Origin: Mycolicibacterium smegmatis
GTDB taxonomy: Bacteria; Actinomycetota; Actinomycetes; Mycobacteriales; Mycobacteriaceae
Length of the DNA: 32,000 nt
Assembly (NCBI RefSeq): GCF_001457595.1
Contig: NZ_LN831039.1
Span: 690,001-722,000 of the forward strand
Reading direction: 5' to 3'
In this document: positions 18,219-26,948 of the stretch, piece by piece
How the letters are laid out: every line of letters begins with the position of its first letter
Position numbering within the stretch: the stretch's first letter is position 1
Made by a program: the position numbers and the translations under genes
The notes under the pieces: generated by a model
Told to the model about the DNA's origin: nothing
Database searches by the model: none
What the model saw: the letters and a program-made list of their open reading frames with translations, nothing else

Positions 18219-19472
18219 TCAGCGTTGTGGTTGCAGCGCGTCGGAGTTCGGCTCTGCGACAGGGGCGGTTTCCTTGATGAAGAACGGCGTGACGGCGCAC
18301 AGCAGGATGGTGGCGACGGTCAGCACCACGAAACCCTGGACAAAGCTGCCGGTGGCATCCTTGACGGCCCCCAACAGGTACGGATAGGCGAATCCGCTCA
18401 CGATCCAGGGGACCCCGACAATGATGCCGTTGACCACACCCGCAGACTTCGGGTGCACTGACTCGACGGCTTCGGCCAACGACAATGATTCACTCGCGTA
18501 AACGCCGATACCGATCAGCGGAACGAGCAGGATGACCATGACGTAGTTTCCGGTGGCTAGGAAGAGCGTCATCGCCGCAAGCGAACCTGCCGTCACGAAC
18601 CCACCCACCGTGATGATCTTCTTCGGACTGCCCAGCCGTTCGGCAAGGATGGGCACCGACAGTGCCGCGGCCGAGCCGGCGATGGAGAACAGTGCGGTCA
18701 GGAACCCGGCCAGCGATTCCGACACGCCTGCTTCCTCGACGAGGATTGACGGCATCCAGCTCGAGATCGCGGCGAACAGGCCCACGCCACCAATCCAGAA
18801 GAGCAGTGCTGACAGCACATTTCGGTTCGCCAGCGAGCGATACGGCCGCTCAGCAGAGACACCCGACACCGGTTCTGCGGGCAGCGAATGTAGCGCTTGG
18901 CCTACGGCGACGGGCGCGTTCTTCGACACGAAGAGCACCACGACGAGGACGGCACCCATGCAGACAGCCTGAACGGTCAGGCCCATGCGCCAGCCGAAGG
19001 CGGCAAGCACGGCCGAGAAGACGAACAGACTCAGTAGGGCTCCCATTCCGTCTCCGGACAGCATGACGCCAAGTGCACGCCCGGTCTTCCTGACGTCCCG
19101 GAACCAGTTCGCCGCCATGGTGTAGGTGGCGACCCACAAGAACCCCACCGAGACGCCGGCGAGAACCCTCGCAACGATGATGAGGCTGAATCCGTCGGCC
19201 ATGGCGAAGAGTGCCTGCCCCAGCACCCCGGCTGCCAGACCCGCCATGATGACGTTCTTGCTTCCCCATCGGGATGCCACCACACCCCCGATCAGGATCA
19301 TCACACCTGCGACCAGGCCGGTGATCGAGGAGATGCCGCCGGCCTGCGAGTAGCTCAGACCCAGCTCCTCGCTGATGGTTCCGAGGCTGGGGCTCCACCC
19401 GACATAGGGCAGAAACGCACCCACCAATGCCATGTACGCGACAAATAGATTTGTCCACCTACTGTTTGACAT
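18219..19472 (-). CDS. Major facilitator superfamily (MFS) transporter
   Basis: From ATG 19472: MSNSRWTNLFVAYMALVGAFLPYVGWSPSLGTISEELGLSYSQAGGISSITGLVAGVMILIGGVVASRWGSKNVIMAGL... 12-TM-like pattern. Confidence 0.88.
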   Translation of the reverse strand: MSNSRWTNLFVAYMALVGAFLPYVGWSPSLGTISEELGLSYSQAGGISSITGLVAGVMILIGGVVASRWGSKNVIMAGLAAGVLGQALFAMADGFSLIIVARVLAGVSVGFLWVATYTMAANWFRDVRKTGRALGVMLSGDGMGALLSLFVFSAVLAAFGWRMGLTVQAVCMGAVLVVVLFVSKNAPVAVGQALHSLPAEPVSGVSAERPYRSLANRNVLSALLFWIGGVGLFAAISSWMPSILVEEAGVSESLAGFLTALFSIAGSAAALSVPILAERLGSPKKIITVGGFVTAGSLAAMTLFLATGNYVMVILLVPLIGIGVYASESLSLAEAVESVHPKSAGVVNGIIVGVPWIVSGFAYPYLLGAVKDATGSFVQGFVVLTVATILLCAVTPFFIKETAPVAEPNSDALQPQR

Positions 19473-19735
19473 AACGCTCCTCCGCGACTCGGACCTGACA
19501 AAGTTTGTTGTCGTGCAAAGTGCGGCCCTGGCTGAAAAGTCAACCCACACGAGCCGTCCGTGCTCTTAAAGGTTGCTACGTGAGGGCGCTCACACCACAT
19601 CGCCGAAGTGTCAAGGAGGATCCCGACGCCATCGACACATCGTCAAGTACTGCACTTTCGGGCAGACGCAGTGAAGACAACGCCGTTACGATCGACGACC
19701 GCACGCAAACTCCACCTCAGAAAGCAGGATCATCT

Positions 19736-20080
19736 GTGAAGAAGTTCGACTCCAATTGGACGCCTTTCACGCCCGTGGCACGTGAGCGTGTGACGGAGGG
19801 AGAACCGGAAACACGTCTTGCGGAAGCAGTATCGGGCGAGGGCTTTAAGTCCGGCCTGTGGGAGGTGACGCCGGGCCGGTTCACCACAGCGCCGCGGGGA
19901 TTCGACGAAGTAATCCACATCATCAGTGGTAGCGGAGTGTTGCGGTCTGCCGATGGTAGTTCGGTGGAACTGGCGCCGGGTGTCTCGTTTCTGATGGAAG
20001 ACGGATTCGTGGGTGAATGGGAAATCCGTGAGCAGCTGCAGAAGTTCTACGCCAAGGTTCAGACCGCTACCGCCGACTGA
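19736..20080 (+). CDS. Small cupin-domain protein (DUF861/ureidoglycine aminohydrolase-like cupin fold)
   Basis: From GTG 19736, 114 aa: ...EGFKSGLWEVTPGRFTTAPRGFDEVIHIISGSGVLRSADGSSVELAPGVSFLMEDGFVGEWEIREQLQKFY. Upstream in-frame ORF extends to 19505 but is low-complexity and unlike the family. Confidence 0.7.
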   Translation: MKKFDSNWTPFTPVARERVTEGEPETRLAEAVSGEGFKSGLWEVTPGRFTTAPRGFDEVIHIISGSGVLRSADGSSVELAPGVSFLMEDGFVGEWEIREQLQKFYAKVQTATAD

Positions 20081-20093
20081 TCGTGTTGTGCTC

Positions 20094-20146
20094 GGCCGCC
20101 GGCCGGGGGGCGGCGTCGCCGCGGCGGCTCCCCCGGCCGGGCGGCC
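20094..20146 (+). terminator. Large GC-rich hairpin downstream of first cupin gene
   Basis: CCGGCCGGGGG (20099-20109) pairs with CCCCCGGCCGG (20130-20140), extended by GGCCG/CGGCC around a one-base bulge; nested GCGGCG-TC-GCCGC in the loop. No T-tract. Confidence 0.5.
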
Positions 20147-20374
20147 CACGATCCGTTCTGGTCGGCAGATATTCGAATCGGCACCATGGACAGTCTGACG
20201 CACGTCTCGCCCGTATCGTCTGACACTTTGTTCCGTGTGACGCGGACAACACCGTATGTACTCTCAGTTCCGCGGGCCGACGCCTTGCGCGTCTGCTGTC
20301 CATATCGACAACCGGGGCCCACAACATCGGCCTCCTCGCGTGGCCCACCCGCCTCGCGCCGCGAAAGTGTAGAA

Positions 20375-21796
20375 ATGACTGACGAAAACCCATCCGGCAC
20401 AAGTAGATTGCTAGCCACATCAACGCATCACCCCCGATCTGACACGGCCATCGAGGCCTCGCGAGTCACCATCGCGGTGGTCGGAAGCGGCCCGTCCGGA
20501 TGCTACGCCGCGACATTTCTGAAGAAGGCGTGGCCGCAGGCGGAGATCACCGTCTTCGAGTCGATGCCGACGCCTTATGGACTTGTCCGCTACGGGATCG
20601 CGGCCGACCACCAGGGCACCAAGAATGTTACACGGCAGTTCGACCGACTTTTCACACGAGAGGGCGTGCGATTCGCCGGCAACGTGTGCGTGGGATCCGA
20701 CGTCGACTTCGCCGACATTGCAAGTTGCTTCGACGTCGTTGTGCTTGCCACGGGACTTCCCCAAGATCGCCCGCTGGGCATCCCGCAACAAGCGGGGACG
20801 CGCGTGATCGGAGCTGGAATGCTGCTGCGCGCACTCAACGGCCATCCGGCACATACGCTTCCACGCGATGCCGACGGCCGGTACGTGCCGCTCGGTCGGC
20901 ACCTTGCCGTGGTCGGCATGGGCAATGTTGCCATAGACGTGATTCGACTGATGTCAAAGGACCCCGAGGAGCTGAATGGGTCTGACATCAACGACGAGCT
21001 TCTCGAACAACTCCGACCTCGGAGACTCACCAGCATTGACGTCATCAGCCGATCTGGCCTGTGTCACGCCAAATTTGACCTCGCGATGATGCGCGAGCTG
21101 CTGTCCCTGCCAAACATCGACATCACTGTGACAGGCATGAGCGACAACGACATCGGACCGGCCGCAGAACTGCTACGTCCCTATATCGGCACCGCCACCG
21201 ACTCATCCACACCGGAGGAGACACGCACTCAAGTGCGCCTACACTTCCAACTCACTCCTGAATCGATCACAAATGGCGATGGTCGCGCACACCTGAGGGC
21301 GAGTAGTCCGAATGGGCTCGCCCCGGTGACCGAAATAGCCGTTGACTCTGTGATCACAGCAATCGGATTCACCCATGGAGCTCATGACGATCGGAGCTGC
21401 CCGACCGGGGAGTGGTCCGGGAAGAACGTCTATCGGGTGGGATGGCTCAACCGTGGACCGCGAGGCGCCATCCCAGAGACCCGCAAGGACGCTCGACAAG
21501 TGGTCGACACCATCGCCAACGACATGGCAAGCGGACGTCTCGAAGTCGGCAGAGCGGGATATAAGGCGCTAGAGCCATCGCTTAGAAATGTTGTCAATTT
21601 TGCAGATTGGCGGCGGATCGAGGCCATCGAACAAAGAGAAGCACCGCCCGGTCGTTGTCGGCGCAAGATCACCGATCGAAAGCACATGCTCTTAATCGCC
21701 ACCTCAGCATCTAATTCAGTTGCTGCACTTAATATACCGCAGCGTCCGGGTGACGGCCGGGCGCAACAACATACTCGCAGGGAGTCGGATCAATGA
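20375..21796 (+). CDS. Adrenodoxin-reductase/FprA-like NADPH:ferredoxin (flavodoxin) oxidoreductase
   Basis: From ATG 20375: VTIAVVGSGPSGCYAATFLKKAWPQAEITVFESMPTPYGLVRYGIAADHQGTKNVTRQFDRLF..., LAVVGMGNVAIDVIRLM, VGWLNRGPRGAIPETRKDA. Confidence 0.9.
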   Translation: MTDENPSGTSRLLATSTHHPRSDTAIEASRVTIAVVGSGPSGCYAATFLKKAWPQAEITVFESMPTPYGLVRYGIAADHQGTKNVTRQFDRLFTREGVRFAGNVCVGSDVDFADIASCFDVVVLATGLPQDRPLGIPQQAGTRVIGAGMLLRALNGHPAHTLPRDADGRYVPLGRHLAVVGMGNVAIDVIRLMSKDPEELNGSDINDELLEQLRPRRLTSIDVISRSGLCHAKFDLAMMRELLSLPNIDITVTGMSDNDIGPAAELLRPYIGTATDSSTPEETRTQVRLHFQLTPESITNGDGRAHLRASSPNGLAPVTEIAVDSVITAIGFTHGAHDDRSCPTGEWSGKNVYRVGWLNRGPRGAIPETRKDARQVVDTIANDMASGRLEVGRAGYKALEPSLRNVVNFADWRRIEAIEQREAPPGRCRRKITDRKHMLLIATSASNSVAALNIPQRPGDGRAQQHTRRESDQ

Positions 21797-22245
21797 GAAC
21801 GGTCACCATCCTCTTCGGTACCGAAACCGGAAACGCCGAGATGGTCGCCGACGAAATCGCCACGGCTCTGGCTGATTTCGACACCTCAGCCGAGGTGCAC
21901 AGTATGGGCGACTACCCGGTGGATGAGCTTGGCGGACAACCGCTGGTCATCCTCATCACCTCGACTTATGGCGAAGGGGATCTGCCCGACACCGCCATAC
22001 CGTTCTTCGACGCTCTAAAGGCCCTGCAGCCGGACCTGTCGTCGACCCGGTTCGCCGCTTTCGGCCTGGGCGACAGCAGCTATGACACCTACAACAACGG
22101 CATCGAAACTCTGATCGCTGCAGTAACCGGGCTTGGCGCGACGCAAATCGGCGAGACCGGTCGCCACGATGCCGACAGTGGCCTCGACCCCTGCGACACC
22201 GCGACGACATGGGTCCGGGAGACATTCGCACATGCTGAAGTGTGA
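21793..22245 (+). CDS. Flavodoxin (FMN) protein
   Basis: 150 aa: MRTVTILFGTETGNAEMVADEIA, TSTYGEGDLPD, FAAFGLGDSSYDTYNNGIETL. ATG overlaps the stop of the reductase gene by 4 nt. Confidence 0.9.
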   Translation: MRTVTILFGTETGNAEMVADEIATALADFDTSAEVHSMGDYPVDELGGQPLVILITSTYGEGDLPDTAIPFFDALKALQPDLSSTRFAAFGLGDSSYDTYNNGIETLIAAVTGLGATQIGETGRHDADSGLDPCDTATTWVRETFAHAEV

Positions 22246-22289
22246 CGCCAGAAACGTAGCCACCTAACCACCTTGATCGAAGGAGAAAC

Positions 22290-22652
22290 GTGACTGTACA
22301 TGGCACCTCATCGCTGAGTGCCGCCATAATCCCCGAGCCCAACTCAGTGACTCTCGATGACTGGGGTCCACTGCCCGAGGCAACAGGCGCACCGATGGCC
22401 ACCGAAGGCAAGAAGCTCTGGGCGGGTGACGGAATTCTCGAAGTCGGCATATGGAAATGTGCCGCCGGTCTGTCGCGCTGGAAGTTCGAGACCAACGAGT
22501 CCTTCACAATCTTCTCCGGTCGGATGACGGTGACCGAGGATGGTGGCCAACCTCTCGAACTCACCTACGGCGACAGCGCGGTTTTCCCGAAGGGGTGGAG
22601 CGGTGTATGGGAGCTGCACGAAACGGTGCTCAAGGTGTACACGGTCTTCTGA
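22290..22652 (+). CDS. Small cupin-domain protein (DUF861-like)
   Basis: 120 aa: GILEVGIWKCAAGLSRWKFETNESFTIFSGRMTVTEDGGQPLELTYGDSAVFPKGWSGVWELHETVLKVYTVF. GTG start with AGGAG upstream. Confidence 0.85.
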   Translation: MTVHGTSSLSAAIIPEPNSVTLDDWGPLPEATGAPMATEGKKLWAGDGILEVGIWKCAAGLSRWKFETNESFTIFSGRMTVTEDGGQPLELTYGDSAVFPKGWSGVWELHETVLKVYTVF

Positions 22653-22785
22653 CTATGGTGGGCGACGTCAAGATCGCCTGAAACGAGCGTGCGGAAATAC
22701 GTGGGGTCATTGGCGCCTGCCTTCCCTAGGTGCCCCGTTGAGTGCAAATGCAGATGCAAATGACAGTTAAAGGAAATTCGCTTCA

Positions 22786-23871
22786 ATGAGTCAGACTGTG
22801 CGTGGGTTGATTTCTCGCTCCAAGGGTGCCCGGGTGGAGGTCACCGACATCGTGATCCCAGACCCGGGTCCGGGTGAGGTGGTGGTCAAGGTCATCGCCT
22901 GCGGGGTCTGTCACACCGACCTGACCTATCGCGAGGGCGGCATCTCCGATGACTACCCGTTCCTACTGGGCCACGAGGCGTCCGGCACCGTCGAAGCCAT
23001 CGGCGAGGGCGTGATCAACGTGGAGCCAGGTGATTTCGTCATCTTGAACTGGCGCGCGGTGTGCGGCCAGTGCCGAGCTTGCAAACGCGGCCGACCGCAC
23101 CTGTGTTTCGAGACCTTCAACGCCACCCAGAGTATGACGCTGACCGACGGCACTCAGCTCTCCCCGGCGTTGGGCGTCGGCGCCTTCGTCGAAAAGACCC
23201 TGGTCCATGAAAGACAATGCACCAAAGTCGATTCCGCGGCGGATCCCGCCGTCGCAGGCCTGCTGGGGTGCGGGGTGATGGCAGGCATCGGTGCCGCGAT
23301 CAACACCGGTGCCGTGACCCGCGATGACACCGTCGCCGTCATCGGCTGTGGCGGCGTCGGTGACGCCGCCATTGCCGGCGCGGCCCTGGTCGGCGCGAAG
23401 ACGATCATCGCAGTCGACCTGGATAGCCGGAAGTTGGAGAAGGCCCGTGAATTTGGGGCCACTCATACAGTGAACGGGGCCGACGCCGATGTCGTGACCT
23501 CGATTCAGGATCTGACCGGTGGCTTCGGCGCTGATGTGGTGATCGACGCTGTGGGCCGGCCGGCGACGTGGAAGCAGGCTTTCTACGCACGTGACCTTGC
23601 CGGCACCGTCGTCCTGGTCGGCGTGCCCACGCCGGCAATGACCCTTGACATGCCCTTGGTAGACCTCTTTTCGCATGGCGGGGCGCTCAAATCCTCCTGG
23701 TACGGAGACTGCCTTCCGGAGCGCGACTTCCCGACCCTGATCTCGCTGCACCTACAGGGCAGGCTGCCGTTGGAGAAGTTCGTCACCGAACGTATCGGCC
23801 TCGACGATGTCGAAGACGCCTTCAAGAAGATGCATGCCGGCGAAGTCCTGCGTTCGGTGGTCATGCTCTGA
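22786..23871 (+). CDS. S-(hydroxymethyl)mycothiol dehydrogenase (mycothiol-dependent formaldehyde dehydrogenase)
   Basis: 361 aa class III-like zinc alcohol dehydrogenase: [85 protein letters not shown]; adjacent MBL hydrolase gives the expected mycobacterial arrangement. Confidence 0.88.
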   Translation: MSQTVRGLISRSKGARVEVTDIVIPDPGPGEVVVKVIACGVCHTDLTYREGGISDDYPFLLGHEASGTVEAIGEGVINVEPGDFVILNWRAVCGQCRACKRGRPHLCFETFNATQSMTLTDGTQLSPALGVGAFVEKTLVHERQCTKVDSAADPAVAGLLGCGVMAGIGAAINTGAVTRDDTVAVIGCGGVGDAAIAGAALVGAKTIIAVDLDSRKLEKAREFGATHTVNGADADVVTSIQDLTGGFGADVVIDAVGRPATWKQAFYARDLAGTVVLVGVPTPAMTLDMPLVDLFSHGGALKSSWYGDCLPERDFPTLISLHLQGRLPLEKFVTERIGLDDVEDAFKKMHAGEVLRSVVML

Positions 23872-24494
23872 TGGGCACCATCCAATGCATCGTCACCTCG
23901 GGAAAGTTCGAACTCGACGCAGGCAGCTGGGACGTCGACAACAACATCTGGCTCGTTGGCGATGACTCGGATGTCATCGTCTTCGATGCCGCCCACACCG
24001 CTGCCCCCATCATCGATGCCGTCGCCGGGCGTAACGTCGTGGCCGTGGTCTGCACCCACGGTCACAATGACCACGTCACCGTCGCCCCCGAGCTCGGCAG
24101 AGCCCTCGATGCTCCGGTGCTGCTGCACCCGGGCGATGATGTGCTGTGGCAGATGACCCACCCCGCCGAGCAGTTCCACGCCGTCGACGGCGGCGCGACC
24201 CTTCAGGTCGGCGGAATCGAACTGCTCGGCCTGCACACCCCGGGCCACTCACCGGGTTCGGTGTGCTGGTTCGCCCCCGAACTCGGCGCAGTGTTCTCCG
24301 GCGACACCCTGTTCCACGGCGGCCCGGGCGCCACCGGTCGCTCCTTCTCGGATTTCCCGACCATCCTCGACTCGATCAAGAACCGGCTCGGCACGCTGCC
24401 CGACGACACAGTCGTCCATACCGGACACGGTGACAACACCACGATTGGTGACGAGCTGGTGAACTATCACCAGTGGGTTGCCCGCGGCCACTGA
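23871..24494 (+). CDS. MBL-fold metallo-hydrolase, putative partner of mycothiol-dependent formaldehyde oxidation
   Basis: 207 aa: THGHNDHVTVAPEL, HTPGHSPGSVCW, FSGDTLFHGGPGATGRS, HTGHGDNTTIG. First base shared with last base of preceding gene. Confidence 0.88.
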   Translation: MGTIQCIVTSGKFELDAGSWDVDNNIWLVGDDSDVIVFDAAHTAAPIIDAVAGRNVVAVVCTHGHNDHVTVAPELGRALDAPVLLHPGDDVLWQMTHPAEQFHAVDGGATLQVGGIELLGLHTPGHSPGSVCWFAPELGAVFSGDTLFHGGPGATGRSFSDFPTILDSIKNRLGTLPDDTVVHTGHGDNTTIGDELVNYHQWVARGH

Positions 24495-24503
24495 AGACAC
24501 GAC

Positions 24504-24531
24504 GGGCCTCACTGCAGCAGCAGTGAGGCCC
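24504..24531. terminator. Bidirectional terminator hairpin
   Basis: GGGCCTCACTGC-AGCA-GCAGTGAGGCCC perfect 12-bp stem between convergent MBL and P450 genes. Confidence 0.8.
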
Positions 24532-24555
24532 GCGTCGGAACTCGCCGATGTCCTA

Positions 24556-25782
24556 TCAGAAGGTCAGCTGCAGATTCATCGTCTTCCATTGACGGGCATG
24601 CTGGATACTGTTGTACACGGGCTCACCGATTAGCTCAATTGCCTTGCAGCGCTGCGTGACAGCAGTCAGGATGGTCTCGGTCGACTGGCGAGCCAGGATC
24701 TGCCCCATGCAGGAATGGGGCCCAGCGGCGAAGGCAAGCTGCTGACTTCCCTGAGTCGAGCGTCGGTAGTCGAACCGGTCGGGGTCGGCAAAGGCACGCT
24801 CGTCGCGGTTGGCCGATGCAAGCAACACGTACACGGGCGCGCCGGCCGGTATCACGGTGCCGGCGACCTCCACATCCTCGAGCAGCAGACGTGTGACACC
24901 GGTTTCCGGTGTGATGAACCGCACCAGCTCGTTCACGATCTTCGGCCGAACCGCGGGATCGTCTCGAAAAACGGCGAAAAGCTCAGGGTCCCTGGCCATG
25001 CGCTCCAAACCGTGCGCAACGAGCGTCACCGTCGAAAAGTGGCCGGTTGCCAGGAACAGCATGATGTTCGCCGTTGCTTCCCGACTGGTGATGTCGCCGC
25101 GATCCTCGGCGTCGATATAGGCGGCGATGACACCGGGCTGGGGCTCTCGGCGTACCTGCGCGATCGCATCGGCGCAGTACTTTTCGAGCCATTCACTGCC
25201 CTCGGCGCCGGCCTTGAGGTCGTCGTCGGTGGCCACGATGCCGAAGCCGCGAGCGAATTCATACGTGTAGTGACGTACTTCGTCTGCGTGCTCGCCGGTC
25301 ATGCCGAGCATGCAGCACATCGTCGCATGCGTTGGGACGAGGCACAGTTCACGTACCGCCTCGATGTGGCCCGTCGACTCCACCGCGGACAATGCCTGTT
25401 CGACAAAGGAGGCGGTGGTGGACATCCAGCTGCGTACCGACTTCGGGGTGAACAGTTTGTTGACGAGTCTCCGGTGCCAGGTGTGGGCAGGCGCATCCAG
25501 TCCGATCACCGCAGAGTGAAAGATGTCGAAGGCGCCGAAATCGAGTTGCTGCACCGAGGTTTTCGCGTGCCGTAGCACTGTGGAAATATCCGCGTACCGC
25601 GAGAGAACGTACGTGCCGTCGTCCAGCTTGAGGACGGGAAATTCATCGCGGAGCCGCCGGAAGTGCGGATAGGGATCGTTAAAGAGGTCTGGATGGTAGA
25701 ACGGCAGGAGCTCCGTCTGGTCTGGCGCGGTCGACAGGGCGGCACTGGGGCGGCTCTCGTGCGGCGGTGTCGGGGAGATCAT
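24556..25782 (-). CDS. Cytochrome P450
   Basis: 408 aa. Heme-binding FAAGPHSCMGQILAR (FxxGxHxCxG), K-helix ELVR, I-helix region ANIMLFLATGHFSTVTLV. Confidence 0.93.
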   Translation of the reverse strand: MISPTPPHESRPSAALSTAPDQTELLPFYHPDLFNDPYPHFRRLRDEFPVLKLDDGTYVLSRYADISTVLRHAKTSVQQLDFGAFDIFHSAVIGLDAPAHTWHRRLVNKLFTPKSVRSWMSTTASFVEQALSAVESTGHIEAVRELCLVPTHATMCCMLGMTGEHADEVRHYTYEFARGFGIVATDDDLKAGAEGSEWLEKYCADAIAQVRREPQPGVIAAYIDAEDRGDITSREATANIMLFLATGHFSTVTLVAHGLERMARDPELFAVFRDDPAVRPKIVNELVRFITPETGVTRLLLEDVEVAGTVIPAGAPVYVLLASANRDERAFADPDRFDYRRSTQGSQQLAFAAGPHSCMGQILARQSTETILTAVTQRCKAIELIGEPVYNSIQHARQWKTMNLQLTF

Positions 25783-25871
25783 GTAGGAAGTTTCCAGTCC
25801 ACCGCGCGTGGATGCACTAGACGAAGTGCCTTCGTGTGGCCGGAATTATCTGACGCTTTGTCAGCGTGGCA

Positions 25872-26777
25872 TCAACCCACCCCCTGCGGACGCGAGATTG
25901 TTACCAGTACGTTTCTGATCTCGGCGAGCACCGGGCGCGTCTCGGCGCCGGTCCGCACGGCGGTGTAGACCTGCCGGACGGGCAGACCGGGAAGATCGAC
26001 GAGCTGTGCCTCAGCTCGGCGTGTTTTCCACACGAGGTCAGGCAGGACTGCGACCGCATGGTCAGTCTCTGCCAGCCGTGCCTGCACCAACAGGTCGGCC
26101 GACTCGTATCGGACGTCGGGCTCGAACCCTGCTGCTCGGCAGGCTGATTCAGCCCAGGCGCGGGCGGGTTTGCCTTTTGGTTCGAGCACCCAGGGCAGAT
26201 CGGCGAAGTCCGAAAGCGAGGCCTTTGTGGCGTGTGGCCGTAACTGCGAGCCCACGTAGAGTCGCAGTACGTCGCTCAGCAGGGGCCGGCTTTCGATTCC
26301 CGCCGGCGGCGGTAGTTCGTGCCCGGGGTACTCCTCGCCGAGGACCAGGTCGAACTCGCGGGCCAGCAGTGCTGCGGCTCCGGCGTCGGGTTGGATCTCA
26401 GACAGGTACACCGTGAGCCCAGGGTGGCGTTCGCCCAGTATGCGCAGTAGGTCAGGAATGAGGGAGATCGCTGCCGTCTGGAATGTGGCCACTTTGACGA
26501 CGCCGACGATCTCCGAGCGGGTCGCCGCGAGGGCCGCCTCTGCGCGATCGATCTGCTGCAAGATTCGCTCGGCATGTTCGACAAGTATGTGTCCTGCAGC
26601 GGTCAAACCGACACCTCGTCCGACCGGCTCAATAAGGCGAACACCCGCCTCGGTCTCCAGCTGGCTGAGCTGCTGACTAATGGTCGAGGTGCTGAACGAT
26701 AGTGCCTGCGCCACTTGTGCCAGCGTGCCGCGCCTGCTCAGTTCCACCAGCAAACGCATGCGGTGCAGATTGAGCAT
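25872..26777 (-). CDS. LysR-family transcriptional regulator
   Basis: From ATG 26777: MLNLHRMRLLVELSRRGTLAQVAQALSFSTSTISQQLSQLETEAGVRLIEPVGRGVGLTAAG... typical HTH and effector domain. Confidence 0.9.
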   Translation of the reverse strand: MLNLHRMRLLVELSRRGTLAQVAQALSFSTSTISQQLSQLETEAGVRLIEPVGRGVGLTAAGHILVEHAERILQQIDRAEAALAATRSEIVGVVKVATFQTAAISLIPDLLRILGERHPGLTVYLSEIQPDAGAAALLAREFDLVLGEEYPGHELPPPAGIESRPLLSDVLRLYVGSQLRPHATKASLSDFADLPWVLEPKGKPARAWAESACRAAGFEPDVRYESADLLVQARLAETDHAVAVLPDLVWKTRRAEAQLVDLPGLPVRQVYTAVRTGAETRPVLAEIRNVLVTISRPQGVG

Positions 26778-26793
26778 TGCCGCTCCAATCAAT

Positions 26794-26815
26794 CGTATTT
26801 TTCGAACATTATACG
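26794..26815. promoter_or_regulatory. Candidate operator CGTAT-N12-ATACG between the divergent LysR and cyclodeaminase-like genes
   Basis: AT-rich divergent intergenic region; CGTATTTTTCGAACATTATACG read directly. Confidence 0.35.
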
Positions 26816-26948
26816 GCGAAATCTATCGCTGGACCGATCGTTAGCTTGATGCGAGAGTTGATGCAGTCGAGTTCGCGGACCTTCCAGCGACTCGAAAGCC
26901 TCTGACAACCAACTCAATTGAGCTGGACGCCGTATCGCAGGAGTTCCA

